The notes under the pieces are model-generated. The model did no database searches, had not been told where the DNA came from, and saw nothing but the letters and a program-made list of their open reading frames with translations. Shown here piece after piece: positions 38,927-48,924 of a DNA stretch of 64,000 bases. The DNA lies in IMG/VR virus record IMGVR_UViG_2901201504_000001, positions 64,001 to 128,000 of that record, one strand, 5' to 3'. How positions within the stretch are numbered: position 1 is the stretch's first letter; every line of letters starts with the position of its first letter. The translations under genes and the position numbers were made by a program. This DNA is from a virus. Taxonomy: Duplodnaviria > Caudoviricetes.

Positions 38927-39616
38927 ATGGATTTAAATAAAATGGTCGTTGCTAGTTTAGCGAAAATGGAGTCTGAAGGAAAGGTACAGGAGATTGTTGA
39001 GAAGCACTTGGAAAGTTCAATTGAAAGCGCGGTAAAAGATTTATTTGGTAGTTGGAGCGATTTTTCTAAGGACTTAAAGAAAACTATGCAGGAAGAATTA
39101 CAAATCAATCTTAAGGAACTTCAAATTGGATCGTATAACCATATGGTTTTAAATGCAATTAAAGAAAAATTGGATATGACAATTTCTAATACTGGAATTG
39201 AAAAGCTCAAATCTGAATTAGATGAAATGCTAGTAAGTGAGCAGAAGGAGTATAAACTTTCTGAGCTTATTGAACAGCTTAAAAATGATGCTATAGGTTA
39301 TGGAGATCCAGAAGATTTTGAAGGGCAAGAGATTTCCTTCCATCATGATCCAGATAGGAAAATACTTCATTTTATATATTTTGATTCTAAAGAAGATAAA
39401 GGGCAGTATGAGTGCAAATACCGCCTAGTAATAAACCCTAAAGACGGAACACTTCAAAGTGCAGATATTGATGATAGGAAATTTGATAATCGTGTAATTA
39501 TGGGTGGGCTTAATGGATTAGATGAGATGTTATTCAAAATCTATACAACTGGAGCAAAAATCATTGTAGATAGTGATTGTGTTGAAACTTATTATCCAAA
39601 TCCATATGAAGATTAA
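38927..39616 (+). CDS. Hypothetical phage protein
   Basis: RBS GAGGAGG; 229 aa. Confidence 0.8.
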   Translation: MDLNKMVVASLAKMESEGKVQEIVEKHLESSIESAVKDLFGSWSDFSKDLKKTMQEELQINLKELQIGSYNHMVLNAIKEKLDMTISNTGIEKLKSELDEMLVSEQKEYKLSELIEQLKNDAIGYGDPEDFEGQEISFHHDPDRKILHFIYFDSKEDKGQYECKYRLVINPKDGTLQSADIDDRKFDNRVIMGGLNGLDEMLFKIYTTGAKIIVDSDCVETYYPNPYED

Positions 39617-39633
39617 ATAGGGGAGGAAGAAAG

Positions 39634-39903
39634 ATGCCATTTATAGTTCCGTTTGAAACAGAATTTTGTGGAGAAATTCGGAAGGTTTATGCTGTCAACA
39701 ATGATAATCCAACTAAAACCTTTTGCAGTAATGTAACGACATCAGAAGTTTGTCCACACTGCAACGAAAGAAACTTTTTCAGATTTTATGATCATAAAAG
39801 AGAGTACGAAAAAGGAGGGTGGGCAATAGAGGTATATGATTGTAAATGTCCGTCCTGCCAGAAAAAATTTGATGTAGAAGTCGAATATGAGTTAGATATT
39901 TAA
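39634..39903 (+). CDS. Zinc-ribbon protein
   Basis: CPHC...CPSC. Confidence 0.7.
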   Translation: MPFIVPFETEFCGEIRKVYAVNNDNPTKTFCSNVTTSEVCPHCNERNFFRFYDHKREYEKGGWAIEVYDCKCPSCQKKFDVEVEYELDI

Positions 39904-39974
39904 CTCGTAAACAAAAGAATTATTAAGTTGCTCTAAAAAGTTTTTGAAATAAAAAAAGACGAGTTTTCTCGTCT

Positions 39975-40145
39975 CTAATCTTTGAGTTTATCGAGCTTTT
40001 CAGAAATAGTTCTAAGAAGTTCATTTCGTTCCTTTTGTATTTTGAAATATTTTATTACAAACCAAATTACGAAAACAATCGGAACTATATAATATAGCAA
40101 AGTTGTAAATGTAAGCAGATTAACCCAACCAGAAGTTTCTACCAT
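39975..40145 (-). CDS. Small membrane protein
   Basis: RBS AAGGAGG; one TM plus a charged tail. Confidence 0.65.
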   Translation of the reverse strand: MVETSGWVNLLTFTTLLYYIVPIVFVIWFVIKYFKIQKERNELLRTISEKLDKLKD

Positions 40146-40305
40146 AATTAAGCCTCCTTTTTTATATAAATATACCATTTCATGTTGTAATTGAGGCTTA
40201 ATTTTATGAAAAGGTACAATTTTTAGTTAATTCGAATTAAGAAAGATTAGGAAACACAAGGTTGATTTAGTCATCTAAAAGAAAAATCCCTTCAAACTGA
40301 AGAGG

Positions 40306-40494
40306 TCAACTTTTCTTTTCTTTTTCTAATAATTCAATTACTTTATCGAGTTTTTCTTCTACCGACTTTGAATTACTGGACTGATTTTTTAGGGAAAATA
40401 CAAATTTAATAACACGATAAACACCATAGAACATTGCTAAATTGATAACAAACAGAATTAGTTGGGCTATCATATCACCATAATTAAAGTTCAT
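40306..40494 (-). CDS. Small membrane protein, DUF4083-like
   Basis: GDMIAQL...VEEKLDKVIELLEKEK. Confidence 0.7.
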   Translation of the reverse strand: MNFNYGDMIAQLILFVINLAMFYGVYRVIKFVFSLKNQSSNSKSVEEKLDKVIELLEKEKKS

Positions 40495-40583
40495 AGTAAT
40501 TCTCCTGTTTTGGATTATTATACCATATTCAGTTGGCCGAATGAATTTATGAAACACAAGGCGATTATGTAGTTGAAAAATAT

Positions 40584-40835
40584 TTATAAATCAAAGAAAT
40601 GATGTAAGCAAAAAATTAGAGTGTAAAAAAGAATAAGAAATAAGAACTCTTTAAGAACTCCTATTAAAGATAGTTTATTTCTGGTTAGATTTAAAATAAA
40701 TATACATGCTCCCATTAAATAGAACCAAAGAACCGATGGAAAAAAAAGGTTTAGAGAAGCTAGTAAAATTACCAAAATAATATTTATTGTATTCGTTTTT
40801 TTAGAACTCTGATTTGGTTGAGTGGCGGTAGTCAT
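40584..40835 (-). CDS. Small membrane protein
   Basis: Hydrophobic; RBS AAGGAG. Confidence 0.6.
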   Translation of the reverse strand: MTTATQPNQSSKKTNTINIILVILLASLNLFFPSVLWFYLMGACIFILNLTRNKLSLIGVLKEFLFLILFYTLIFCLHHFFDL

Positions 40836-40971
40836 AAGTTATTCTCCTTTTCTTGAATTAGAATAACTTACATTTACTAAATACTCAATAAATTATATGG
40901 AAACAAAAGGCTGAATTAGTTCGTGAAAAAATCACCCTCAACAAATACAAGAGGGTGATTTAAAGAAAATT

Positions 40972-41487
40972 TTATTCTTTGTTTTGAGTTTGCATATGAA
41001 GTGGTGGTGGAACTAACCAACCTTTTTCTTTCAAAATTTGTAATAATGCTGCTCCATCTTTTAAACTTTTTGCACTTTGTTGAATGAGCATTAAAGCAAT
41101 ATCTTCTCGGATACATTGACTAATAAGGGCACTCATAGCAGTTAATCCAGTAGCAATATCTCGAGCTATAGCATATGCAATTTGAGCATCCTGAAATCTT
41201 GCTCCTACGGGTATCTGCTCAATGTCTACTTCTGGTCTTTCAGCAGGAGTAGGTGGAACTGCAACATCGTTTGCAACTAATAGTTGTTCAAGTTCTTTAA
41301 TAGAAGGTTTGATACTTGAAGTTATTACATCCTTAATAAATTGTTTTAGATCTTTATCACCAGTGTGATTACAATAGACATGGTATCCGTCTAATGAAGC
41401 TTTTGCTACTGATAATTGTGTATATATACCATATACCTCACCATAGTGCATTGGTTCGTTTTGAGGATTACCACTTAGAATACCCAT
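40972..41487 (-). CDS. DUF3231 family ferritin-like protein
   Basis: MGILSGNPQNEPMHYGEV...NHTGDKDLK...IPVGARFQD...IREDI...KGWLVPPPLH. Confidence 0.9.
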   Translation of the reverse strand: MGILSGNPQNEPMHYGEVYGIYTQLSVAKASLDGYHVYCNHTGDKDLKQFIKDVITSSIKPSIKELEQLLVANDVAVPPTPAERPEVDIEQIPVGARFQDAQIAYAIARDIATGLTAMSALISQCIREDIALMLIQQSAKSLKDGAALLQILKEKGWLVPPPLHMQTQNKE

Positions 41488-42283
41488 TTGTACACTCTCC
41501 TTGATATTAAAAAATTTGAATCTTACAGGTGTTAGTATGTGTACATTTTTGAAAAATATATACTGAATTACAAAAAATGATTTATCTTATAAAAAAAGAT
41601 GCTCCTTTAGATAAAAGAAGCATCAAATGGAGAGCGCCAATGCGCGAATTATCCTATTTAGTATAAGTGATTAGTTGAATCAGCTAGCAAATGTGATAAA
41701 TAGGATTGATTTTATTGTTCTCTAAGTAATAAAAAATATGTGTTAGAAAACAAAAAATCCAGCAGAGGTGAAGATGCTGGATAAAAGGCTAACCGTTCAT
41801 TATCTATTGTTTTTTCAAGGAGGGAATATGTCAAACAGAAAAACAAGGTTGCAAGGAATGTTTTTTATGAATACCACAATATAAGGTTATGTATAAAACA
41901 AAAAACGGTGCTTATCTAATTTAAATATTCTTATTTTAGCATTTTGAAAATCCAAATAAATAATATTAAACCAAATAATATAATTAACAAATATGTAATA
42001 CCTGAAGATGTAATCAATGAAATATCACCAACCGTTTTTACTTATATGATTAGTGTGATTGAGAATTTTATACAAGTTTTGTTTTTTTAATTCATAAAGA
42101 GCAAAGGAAACAAAAGAGTAATTATGTAGTGCTAGATAAAGAAACAGAAAAAGAGGACGTTTTAAACACCAACCTTAAGTTCGTTTGGCCTACATGATAG
42201 CCAAGTTGGTTTCAACATCCTCACTAAATATTTATGGTCAATAGCTGTAAAGTTTAGTCATCTGGGATAAAAAATAAGATCAA

Positions 42284-42472
42284 CTATTTCGGAGTCTTAT
42301 CCAAATTCTTATTAAGTTTAATTACTTCTTCAGTAAGAATATTTAATTGATCAAGAATTAAAAGGAGTAAACCACATACAAGGCCAACTAAAGCGCCCAG
42401 TTTTTCAGCTAATATAAAGCCTAGTATTATACATGGTAAAAAATATAAAAGAATTCTCAATTGATACACCAC
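42284..42472 (-). CDS. Small membrane protein
   Basis: Two hydrophobic stretches. Confidence 0.55.
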   Translation of the reverse strand: MVYQLRILLYFLPCIILGFILAEKLGALVGLVCGLLLLILDQLNILTEEVIKLNKNLDKTPK

Positions 42473-42576
42473 TTCCTTATCATACGATTTTAAGAGGATT
42501 GGGTATTTGGGATAGAATTCCTTGTTACTACATATTAAATATTAATTAATATTGTTATAAATAGAGGTTAATATTT

Positions 42577-42717
42577 CTATTCTTCTCTAACATGAGGTTG
42601 TAACATATAACCTACTTTAGCATTGCATTCTGGACATAGTGGGTCATCATTTATATATGTTGTATCTTCAAATTTTACTTTATTGTCGCATATTTCACAT
42701 CTAATATATTTGCTCAT
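42577..42717 (-). CDS. 46-aa zinc-finger protein (not in the ORF track)
   Basis: MSKYIRCEIC...LCPEC; RBS AAAGGAG. Confidence 0.6.
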   Translation of the reverse strand: MSKYIRCEICDNKVKFEDTTYINDDPLCPECNAKVGYMLQPHVREE

Positions 42718-42875
42718 CGGTATTTCTCCTTTTGAGTTTTTTTATATCTATATTAAAGATATTAAAAGTTTATTCATTGAAAACTGTAAAGAAGAAATAA
42801 CTTGATACAGTAAGTATTTCGGAAACAGTAAAAGAACTTACTATAAAATCATTCTTTTATTAGAGGTGCTAGAAA

Positions 42876-43076
42876 ATGAGATATATCGTAGAAGCAAGTG
42901 ATATAAAGAAGTTTAAGTTTTGTCCATATTGTGGAAGCAATTTAATTTCGGTAAATGACGGAGATTATAACGGACAGACGGAATGTACGAAATGTGAAGA
43001 AGAATTAGAGTTTCTTATTCTTGAGGAATATAGAGAGCGTTATCCTGCACGGTTTGAAACGATGATTAGGAGGTAA
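42876..43076 (+). CDS. Zinc-ribbon protein
   Basis: FCPYCG...CTKC; follows palindrome 42843. Confidence 0.7.
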   Translation: MRYIVEASDIKKFKFCPYCGSNLISVNDGDYNGQTECTKCEEELEFLILEEYRERYPARFETMIRR

Positions 43077-43265
43077 CTAGTGTGGCTGATATTATGATGT
43101 GCGGTAACGATAAATGCGAACAGAAAGAAGGTTGTTTGCGATATATTGCAATTCCAAATAAATACGGTCAATCTTATTTAGCTGATCCAGTTGAAAATTG
43201 TGAGGAGAATGATTGGATTTTATTTGTTGAAGCAAATTAATGAAAAAAGTTAGGAGGTTGAGATT

Positions 43266-43781
43266 TTGTTAGATGTTAATAGATATAAACCAAAAGTTAA
43301 AAATGAATCTGATAAATATTCATGGAATTTGTATAGATTTTTAAACAAACAAGTAAGACAAAGAGATATTGGAAAATACGTAAAGAAGCAAATTAAAATA
43401 TATTGGCTAACTCATTCTAGATGGGATGGAAGGTATCTTGAGTTTGAACCTGATAATTTAAGATTGGATCAATTGCTTATAAGTCCATTCGGTGGGAGAG
43501 TTGGGTATTCACTTTCTGAGATACTTGCTAAAGGATATGGGACAGAATGGTCTTTTCCGTGGAAAGATGATGAATTAATTGATATTACCGATTGGTTTTT
43601 CAGTACATATGAGCGTGATGGAAGATGTATTTTTGATAGAGGACATAATGGATGGATGCTAGGCACAGACAAGAGATTTACTTATGTAAACAATACAAGA
43701 AAGTGTAATTGTTGTGGTCAGTGGCATGAGAAGGAAATTAGGAAAGTGCAGACTATTGAAAGAAAAGTTTATTGGGTGTGA
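43266..43781 (+). CDS. Hypothetical phage protein
   Basis: DKYSWNLY...GRC...H...CNCC. Confidence 0.75.
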   Translation: MLDVNRYKPKVKNESDKYSWNLYRFLNKQVRQRDIGKYVKKQIKIYWLTHSRWDGRYLEFEPDNLRLDQLLISPFGGRVGYSLSEILAKGYGTEWSFPWKDDELIDITDWFFSTYERDGRCIFDRGHNGWMLGTDKRFTYVNNTRKCNCCGQWHEKEIRKVQTIERKVYWV

Positions 43782-43799
43782 TAGTTTTATAGAAATGAG

Positions 43800-44078
43800 G
43801 TGTTTATAATGAAAAAACTAATTCTAACATTAACATTATTAGCATTTCTTACAGGATGTTCTGATGAAAGTAAGAAGAAAGAACCTATTAAGAAATTACC
43901 AAATGCTGAAGTATTTCATGATAGTGCATTTAAATTTTCAGGAAATTTAGTGGTTAACAATGGTAAGCAAATCCTAGAGTTAAACTACGATGCCGGGAAG
44001 TTTGATTTTGAAAAAGGTAAAAACTACGATATTTATTATCAAGGAAATGATCTTAAAGCTGCTAAAAAAGTAAAATAA
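43800..44078 (+). CDS. Lipoprotein
   Basis: MKKL...FLTGC lipobox. Confidence 0.75.
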   Translation: MFIMKKLILTLTLLAFLTGCSDESKKKEPIKKLPNAEVFHDSAFKFSGNLVVNNGKQILELNYDAGKFDFEKGKNYDIYYQGNDLKAAKKVK

Positions 44079-44287
44079 ATTAAAATGTAATGTTTTTGTT
44101 TAGTGAAGTGAACTTGCTCATACATTTACTGATATGAAATGACGATTTTAATGTGACAATTTTAGTACATATAGTCATTCTAAAGGAACATAAGGAACTT
44201 TAGAGGAATTTAAAGACAACATGAACATTGTTAGAATTAAATCCTAGTGATAGACTCTTGGTATATTTTATTAAGAGGTGGTAAACA

Positions 44288-45064
44288 ATGGATTTTTATT
44301 CAATCATTGCAACAAAAGATGGCTTTTATGACTTAGTTGAGAATCAATTTGCTATCGATAGGACATTGCGTAGTCAAACTCTAGTAAAACGGTATAAATC
44401 TAAATCGGGAGCTAAAAAAGCATTAGAGCGTTATGAACGAGAAAAAAGATGGAAAGATGCAGAAGAGTACGTTGCAAATTTAGATTTATCTAAGTTTAAG
44501 CTGCTACCTTCTGTAAAACCAAGTCTTTTTCACGGACATACGGTGAGAAAAAATGTTAAAGACTATATTTGGTCGAGAAAAGTACGTCCTGTTGTGTTAG
44601 AAAGAGGAGGAAAAACCTGTTCTGTTTGCGGGTGGATACCAAAGAGTGAAGAGGAAATAAGGAATCTCCATTTACACGAGGTAGAAGAGTATGATTTTCA
44701 TAATAGGGTGTGTCATTTAAAAGAAATTGAACTTATTTGTGCAAAATGCCATGCATTTCATCACATAGCTCGAACTAGGTCATATTCTACGAAAGAACAG
44801 TGGGAAGACTTACTCAATCATTTTATACAAGTAAATGGATGTGATCCTAAAATAGCGGATTGTTGGAATGAATTTTTGATGAGCATAAGGCTTCACCGGT
44901 TAGAAGATGATAAAGATAGAGATTATTCTAAAGATTCACCATCTCTTCAAGAACAAATGAAGAAAATGGTACGTTATACTGTTAGTCCTCATATTCCCTT
45001 TGCGAATGAAATGATGGATAAGTTAGAAAAACAAGGGCTGCTTTACTATCCTGAATGTCAATAA
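44288..45064 (+). CDS. HNH endonuclease
   Basis: CSVCG...LHLHEV...ICAKCHAFHH. Confidence 0.8.
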   Translation: MDFYSIIATKDGFYDLVENQFAIDRTLRSQTLVKRYKSKSGAKKALERYEREKRWKDAEEYVANLDLSKFKLLPSVKPSLFHGHTVRKNVKDYIWSRKVRPVVLERGGKTCSVCGWIPKSEEEIRNLHLHEVEEYDFHNRVCHLKEIELICAKCHAFHHIARTRSYSTKEQWEDLLNHFIQVNGCDPKIADCWNEFLMSIRLHRLEDDKDRDYSKDSPSLQEQMKKMVRYTVSPHIPFANEMMDKLEKQGLLYYPECQ

Positions 45065-45147
45065 AAGCAACATTCAGTAGAACATAGAAGAAAAGGATCA
45101 GCTATTCTTTTCTTCTATAAAATAAATATTTAAATGGAGATGATTAA

Positions 45148-45378
45148 ATGATTGTGCAATTAAAAGATACAGATGGGAACATTGTAAATGAAAAGAATAT
45201 TGTTTTAAAGGAAGGTGATACACTAATAGTCAAATATGATCAAAATATCCCAACTTCAACTGCTGTTAGAATATATGATAACATTACGAAATCATTGGAA
45301 GATAATAAAAAGGTGATTGCTATACCTGATATGATATTCATAGCCAACGTATGTAGTACGAGCTGTATTAATTATTGA
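45148..45378 (+). CDS. Hypothetical protein, 3' end probably replaced by a deletion
   Basis: 3' end overlaps the antisense XRE fragment. Confidence 0.5.
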   Translation: MIVQLKDTDGNIVNEKNIVLKEGDTLIVKYDQNIPTSTAVRIYDNITKSLEDNKKVIAIPDMIFIANVCSTSCINY

Positions 45379-45453
45379 AGCAACTTCTTCTTGAGTTAAA
45401 CCATGTATCTCTCTTAACTCTTGTAATCTTTTAATTAGCAATTTATGCACCAT
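45292..45453 (-). pseudogene. Truncated XRE-family HTH regulator
   Basis: MVHKLLIKRLQELREIHGLTQEEVASIINTARTTYVGYE, then abrupt loss of similarity. Confidence 0.7.
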
Positions 45454-45600
45454 CCCTAACATACACTAATACTATTTCTATATTATAGGAGTAAATAATT
45501 GCTAATTGTTTCTATGTTGCAAAACTCGACTTTGTTGTTCGGAAAATTGACATGTAGTAATCAAATAATAAACACCTAAACCTAAAGGAGATAGGCAACC

Positions 45601-45834
45601 ATGCTTGATGATTTAAAAGATGAGGATAAGTTAGAGCATATTAATGCATTAATTGTTGCAGAGAATGTTGAAGGGTTTGTAGCATACTATAATGAAAGAT
45701 ACATAATTGTTGATCCTTTTACTACAGATTACACAGAAGATGAAGATTGCCCAGAGTTTAAAAGTAATATGATGTTAGAAGGTATTTGGTTTGATGACGA
45801 AACTTTGTTAGTGTATCATGCTGCTAATATTTAA
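45601..45834 (+). CDS. Hypothetical acidic protein
   Basis: RBS AAAGGAG; divergent from the XRE fragment. Confidence 0.65.
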   Translation: MLDDLKDEDKLEHINALIVAENVEGFVAYYNERYIIVDPFTTDYTEDEDCPEFKSNMMLEGIWFDDETLLVYHAANI

Positions 45835-45907
45835 GATAAGAAAGAATACTAAATATCCAAATCAATTGGGTATTTAAAATAAAAGTTAAATAAATTAAAA
45901 TTTATAG

Positions 45908-45936
45908 TTGATTTTTCGAAAAGGCATGTATATAAT
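45908..45936 (+). promoter_or_regulatory. sigmaA promoter of the replication operon
   Basis: TTGATT-17 bp-TATAAT. Confidence 0.7.
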
Positions 45937-45966
45937 AAGAATTAAGGAAGAACATTCCAATGAAAT

Positions 45967-46341
45967 TTGAAAGGTGGTGAGATAGTGAAGGTTAACGGTA
46001 TCAAGATTTATAAAGTTTCACCAGATGTGATTACATACTATAAACAGAATGTAAAAGGCAATAAAGATTTAAACGATCATGAAATTACTTTGAAGATTAC
46101 TAGAAACATTCTAATTGCTCATAAAGTAAATAAAAATATACTGACAGGTAAAGCAACATATATTTATGGTAACTTACTTATTAGGTGCAAATGGAATAAA
46201 GTGATCGAAGTAAACAACAGTCCTGAGAATAGCATATCAACATGGAAGCTTAGTAAGAAGAAATACATAGAATTAAACAAGATGCTTGGCATTAAAGATT
46301 GTAAGTTTACTAGAAGCATTAAGAGTAAAAAAGTTGTATAG
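45967..46341 (+). CDS. YorE-like protein
   Basis: YYKQNVKGNKD...KITRNIL; first gene of the SPbeta-type replication operon. Confidence 0.6.
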   Translation: MKGGEIVKVNGIKIYKVSPDVITYYKQNVKGNKDLNDHEITLKITRNILIAHKVNKNILTGKATYIYGNLLIRCKWNKVIEVNNSPENSISTWKLSKKKYIELNKMLGIKDCKFTRSIKSKKVV

Positions 46342-46436
46342 TTAGTAAAAAGTTAATTAACGTAAAGTTATTAAAATGAAATTTAAGTTTTATTGGAACA
46401 CAAATACTAATTAAAATTAAAGGGGAACTGCTATAT

Positions 46437-47678
46437 ATGACAAGATTATATAATTCATTCGATTTTACTGGGAACATTTCAATTCCAAAAGGAGAACGTT
46501 TCTATAAGCAAGAAACATTTGAACCTAGTGGATGGTATAAAGAGACAATTAACTTTGCTGTACAGGAGTCCAAAACTAACAGTGCATTTGTAAAATTAGA
46601 TGGTGGATTTTCAAAGAAGAAGCAAAACGTTGTCAAATCTTTCAGTAAAGGTACAGAAAACGAAAGTGGATCAAGCATTGAAATTCCATGGGCAGATAGA
46701 AATAAAGAAGAAACTTTAGATATTGTTGCTGATTTTAAGAAAGTAGTTGTTGATCTTACTACTGACCAAGAAGTAAAAGATAAGATCAATCAATTAAGAT
46801 ATGAAGTCCGCAATATTGAATATCAAGATGAAAAATCAGAAACAGACTTGGTTAAACTTAAAGAATTGAAAACAAAACTTAAAGAAATTGCAATTGATAG
46901 ACATGAATTTGTTCACCCTTATGATGCTGTAGTTTTCCTTTCTACTAATCTAGAAGTACATAAAAATCGTAAATTTAGAATAACTGGTGATATTTCAATC
47001 AGTCATTCAAAAGGTAAATTTTATAGAGACTTTGTACCAACTATGATAGAAATCGTTTCTGATGAAGAAAAATCAAAACTTCGTGCAACCATGGATGTTT
47101 ATTTTACTCAAGAATCACTTGATGATGTTGACTTTGAAGAAAGTAAAAAAGTGTTAATCAACGGGTATATCCAAAGTTATGATAGTGGGCACAAGAAAGA
47201 CAAGTTCTTCCCAACTCAATTTGTTATTAATGCGTCAAAATTGGATTTCGAAAATGAGTCACATGTGAAACGCTTTGAGTTTCTTAAAAAGAAATTTGAT
47301 GTTGAAGATGGTGTTTATCATCAACAGTGGGAAGTTGCTGTATTCCGAGGAGCTGATGAGGAAGAATTTACAGAAGAACATCTAACTGATTCTCAAAAAG
47401 AAGCTATTGAATTTGGATACAACAAGTTGGAAGACTTCAAACCAAAAGGCGGAGTATTAGGAGAAACAGTTATTGAAAACCGTTTAGTTAAACCTAATTT
47501 ACAAAAAGTAAATGGACATGATTTCACTAATGGGGCTGTAATAACTCCTTTCGAAGAAGAACATTTAATCTATGTTGCTCCAGTTATTAATAAGAAAGTT
47601 GAAGCACCGAAAGAGGAACTGGTTGTTACTGAAAACGAAAAGCCAGAAGAAGTTGAATTAGACGATCTATTTGGTTGA
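46437..47678 (+). CDS. YorF-like putative ssDNA-binding protein
   Basis: Position before the AAA ATPase; acidic tail ELDDLFG. Confidence 0.6.
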   Translation: MTRLYNSFDFTGNISIPKGERFYKQETFEPSGWYKETINFAVQESKTNSAFVKLDGGFSKKKQNVVKSFSKGTENESGSSIEIPWADRNKEETLDIVADFKKVVVDLTTDQEVKDKINQLRYEVRNIEYQDEKSETDLVKLKELKTKLKEIAIDRHEFVHPYDAVVFLSTNLEVHKNRKFRITGDISISHSKGKFYRDFVPTMIEIVSDEEKSKLRATMDVYFTQESLDDVDFEESKKVLINGYIQSYDSGHKKDKFFPTQFVINASKLDFENESHVKRFEFLKKKFDVEDGVYHQQWEVAVFRGADEEEFTEEHLTDSQKEAIEFGYNKLEDFKPKGGVLGETVIENRLVKPNLQKVNGHDFTNGAVITPFEEEHLIYVAPVINKKVEAPKEELVVTENEKPEEVELDDLFG

Positions 47679-47753
47679 TATTGAGGTGATAACTCAGCTA
47701 TCTAATATATTTATATACATAATAAATTTAAAATAAAAGGGGATTAAATATTT

Positions 47754-48872
47754 ATGGCTAGAAAATTCGGGAAAAAGAACAAAATTAAAGTAGATCCATT
47801 AGCATACAACATTGGTTTAATTGGGGAATCCGGTATTGGTAAAACTACACTTGCTAAAGATGTATGTGAAACTTTGGTTGGTGAAGATGGTTATCTAATT
47901 CTGAATATTGGAAAAGAAGATGGAGTAGATGCTATTCCTGATGCAATTTATGAAAATGCTCCTGATTGGAAAACATTTAACGCCATTGTTACTGACATTG
48001 TTAAGAATAAGAACACTGACTATAAAGATTTGAAAGTAATCGTGTATGACACTATGGATGAATTGTTTAGAATTACTGAACCAGAGGTTGTTAGATTACA
48101 TAATGTAGAAAATCCAGACAAACAAGTGAAAACAATTAAAGCAGCATTTGGAGGTTTTCAAGCTGGTGAAGATAAAGCTATTGAGATAATTCTTGATCGA
48201 ATTTGGTCATTGAAGAAAGTTGGTGTATCAATGTTTTACATTGGTCATACCAAAAAGAGAACACTTACAGATGCAGTTACAGGTATTGAATACGACATGT
48301 TAACAACAAATATGTTGGCTAAATACTTTAACGCAATTAAAACAAAACTACATGTTCTAGGAGTAGCTTCGGTTAATAGAAAAATTGAAACTAAAATGGT
48401 GAAACAAAAAGTCGGAAAAGACAAACAAGTTGGTTCAATAGTTGATGAATCTCGTATCATCACTTTCCGTGACGATAACTTTAACATTGATTCAAAATCT
48501 AGATTTACAGAAATCATTCCACAAATTCCATTGGATTATAATGCATTTATAAATGCCGTTAATGATGCAATTAAAGTAGCTCATGCTAAACAAAAAACCA
48601 ATACCAACTCAATCGAAGAGGATCGAGCAGAGCAAGAAGTGGAAAAGGAAAAAGAAATTGACGAAGCTGTAGAAACCAATCAACTGACATTAGTGGATGT
48701 AGAAGAAAATGTTGAACTATCTGAACAAATTAGACTTAAACTACCAGAAGCTTCTGCTGAAGTAAAGGTAGAAATTAAAGAGACATTGGCTAAATATAAA
48801 GTTAAATCTTTGGGTGATACTGAAGGAACTCCAACAATCGTATTCCGAGAGATTGCAACTTTGTTAGGATAA
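47754..48872 (+). CDS. AAA/RecA-like ATPase (YorG/Sak4-like)
   Basis: GESGIGKTT Walker A, VYDT Walker B, IGH. Confidence 0.8.
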   Translation: MARKFGKKNKIKVDPLAYNIGLIGESGIGKTTLAKDVCETLVGEDGYLILNIGKEDGVDAIPDAIYENAPDWKTFNAIVTDIVKNKNTDYKDLKVIVYDTMDELFRITEPEVVRLHNVENPDKQVKTIKAAFGGFQAGEDKAIEIILDRIWSLKKVGVSMFYIGHTKKRTLTDAVTGIEYDMLTTNMLAKYFNAIKTKLHVLGVASVNRKIETKMVKQKVGKDKQVGSIVDESRIITFRDDNFNIDSKSRFTEIIPQIPLDYNAFINAVNDAIKVAHAKQKTNTNSIEEDRAEQEVEKEKEIDEAVETNQLTLVDVEENVELSEQIRLKLPEASAEVKVEIKETLAKYKVKSLGDTEGTPTIVFREIATLLG

Positions 48873-48924
48873 TTTCATAGAGGGGAATAGTTTTCCCCTC
48901 TTATGTTTACAAAGGGGAGTAATT

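Noticed and set aside
41560-42280. ncRNA in the long ORF-poor stretch
   Set aside because: Several hairpins and coding relics but no recognisable RNA family; more likely decayed cassettes
42623-42805. Plus-strand 60-aa ORF
   Set aside because: Shadow of the minus-strand zinc-finger gene 42577-42717
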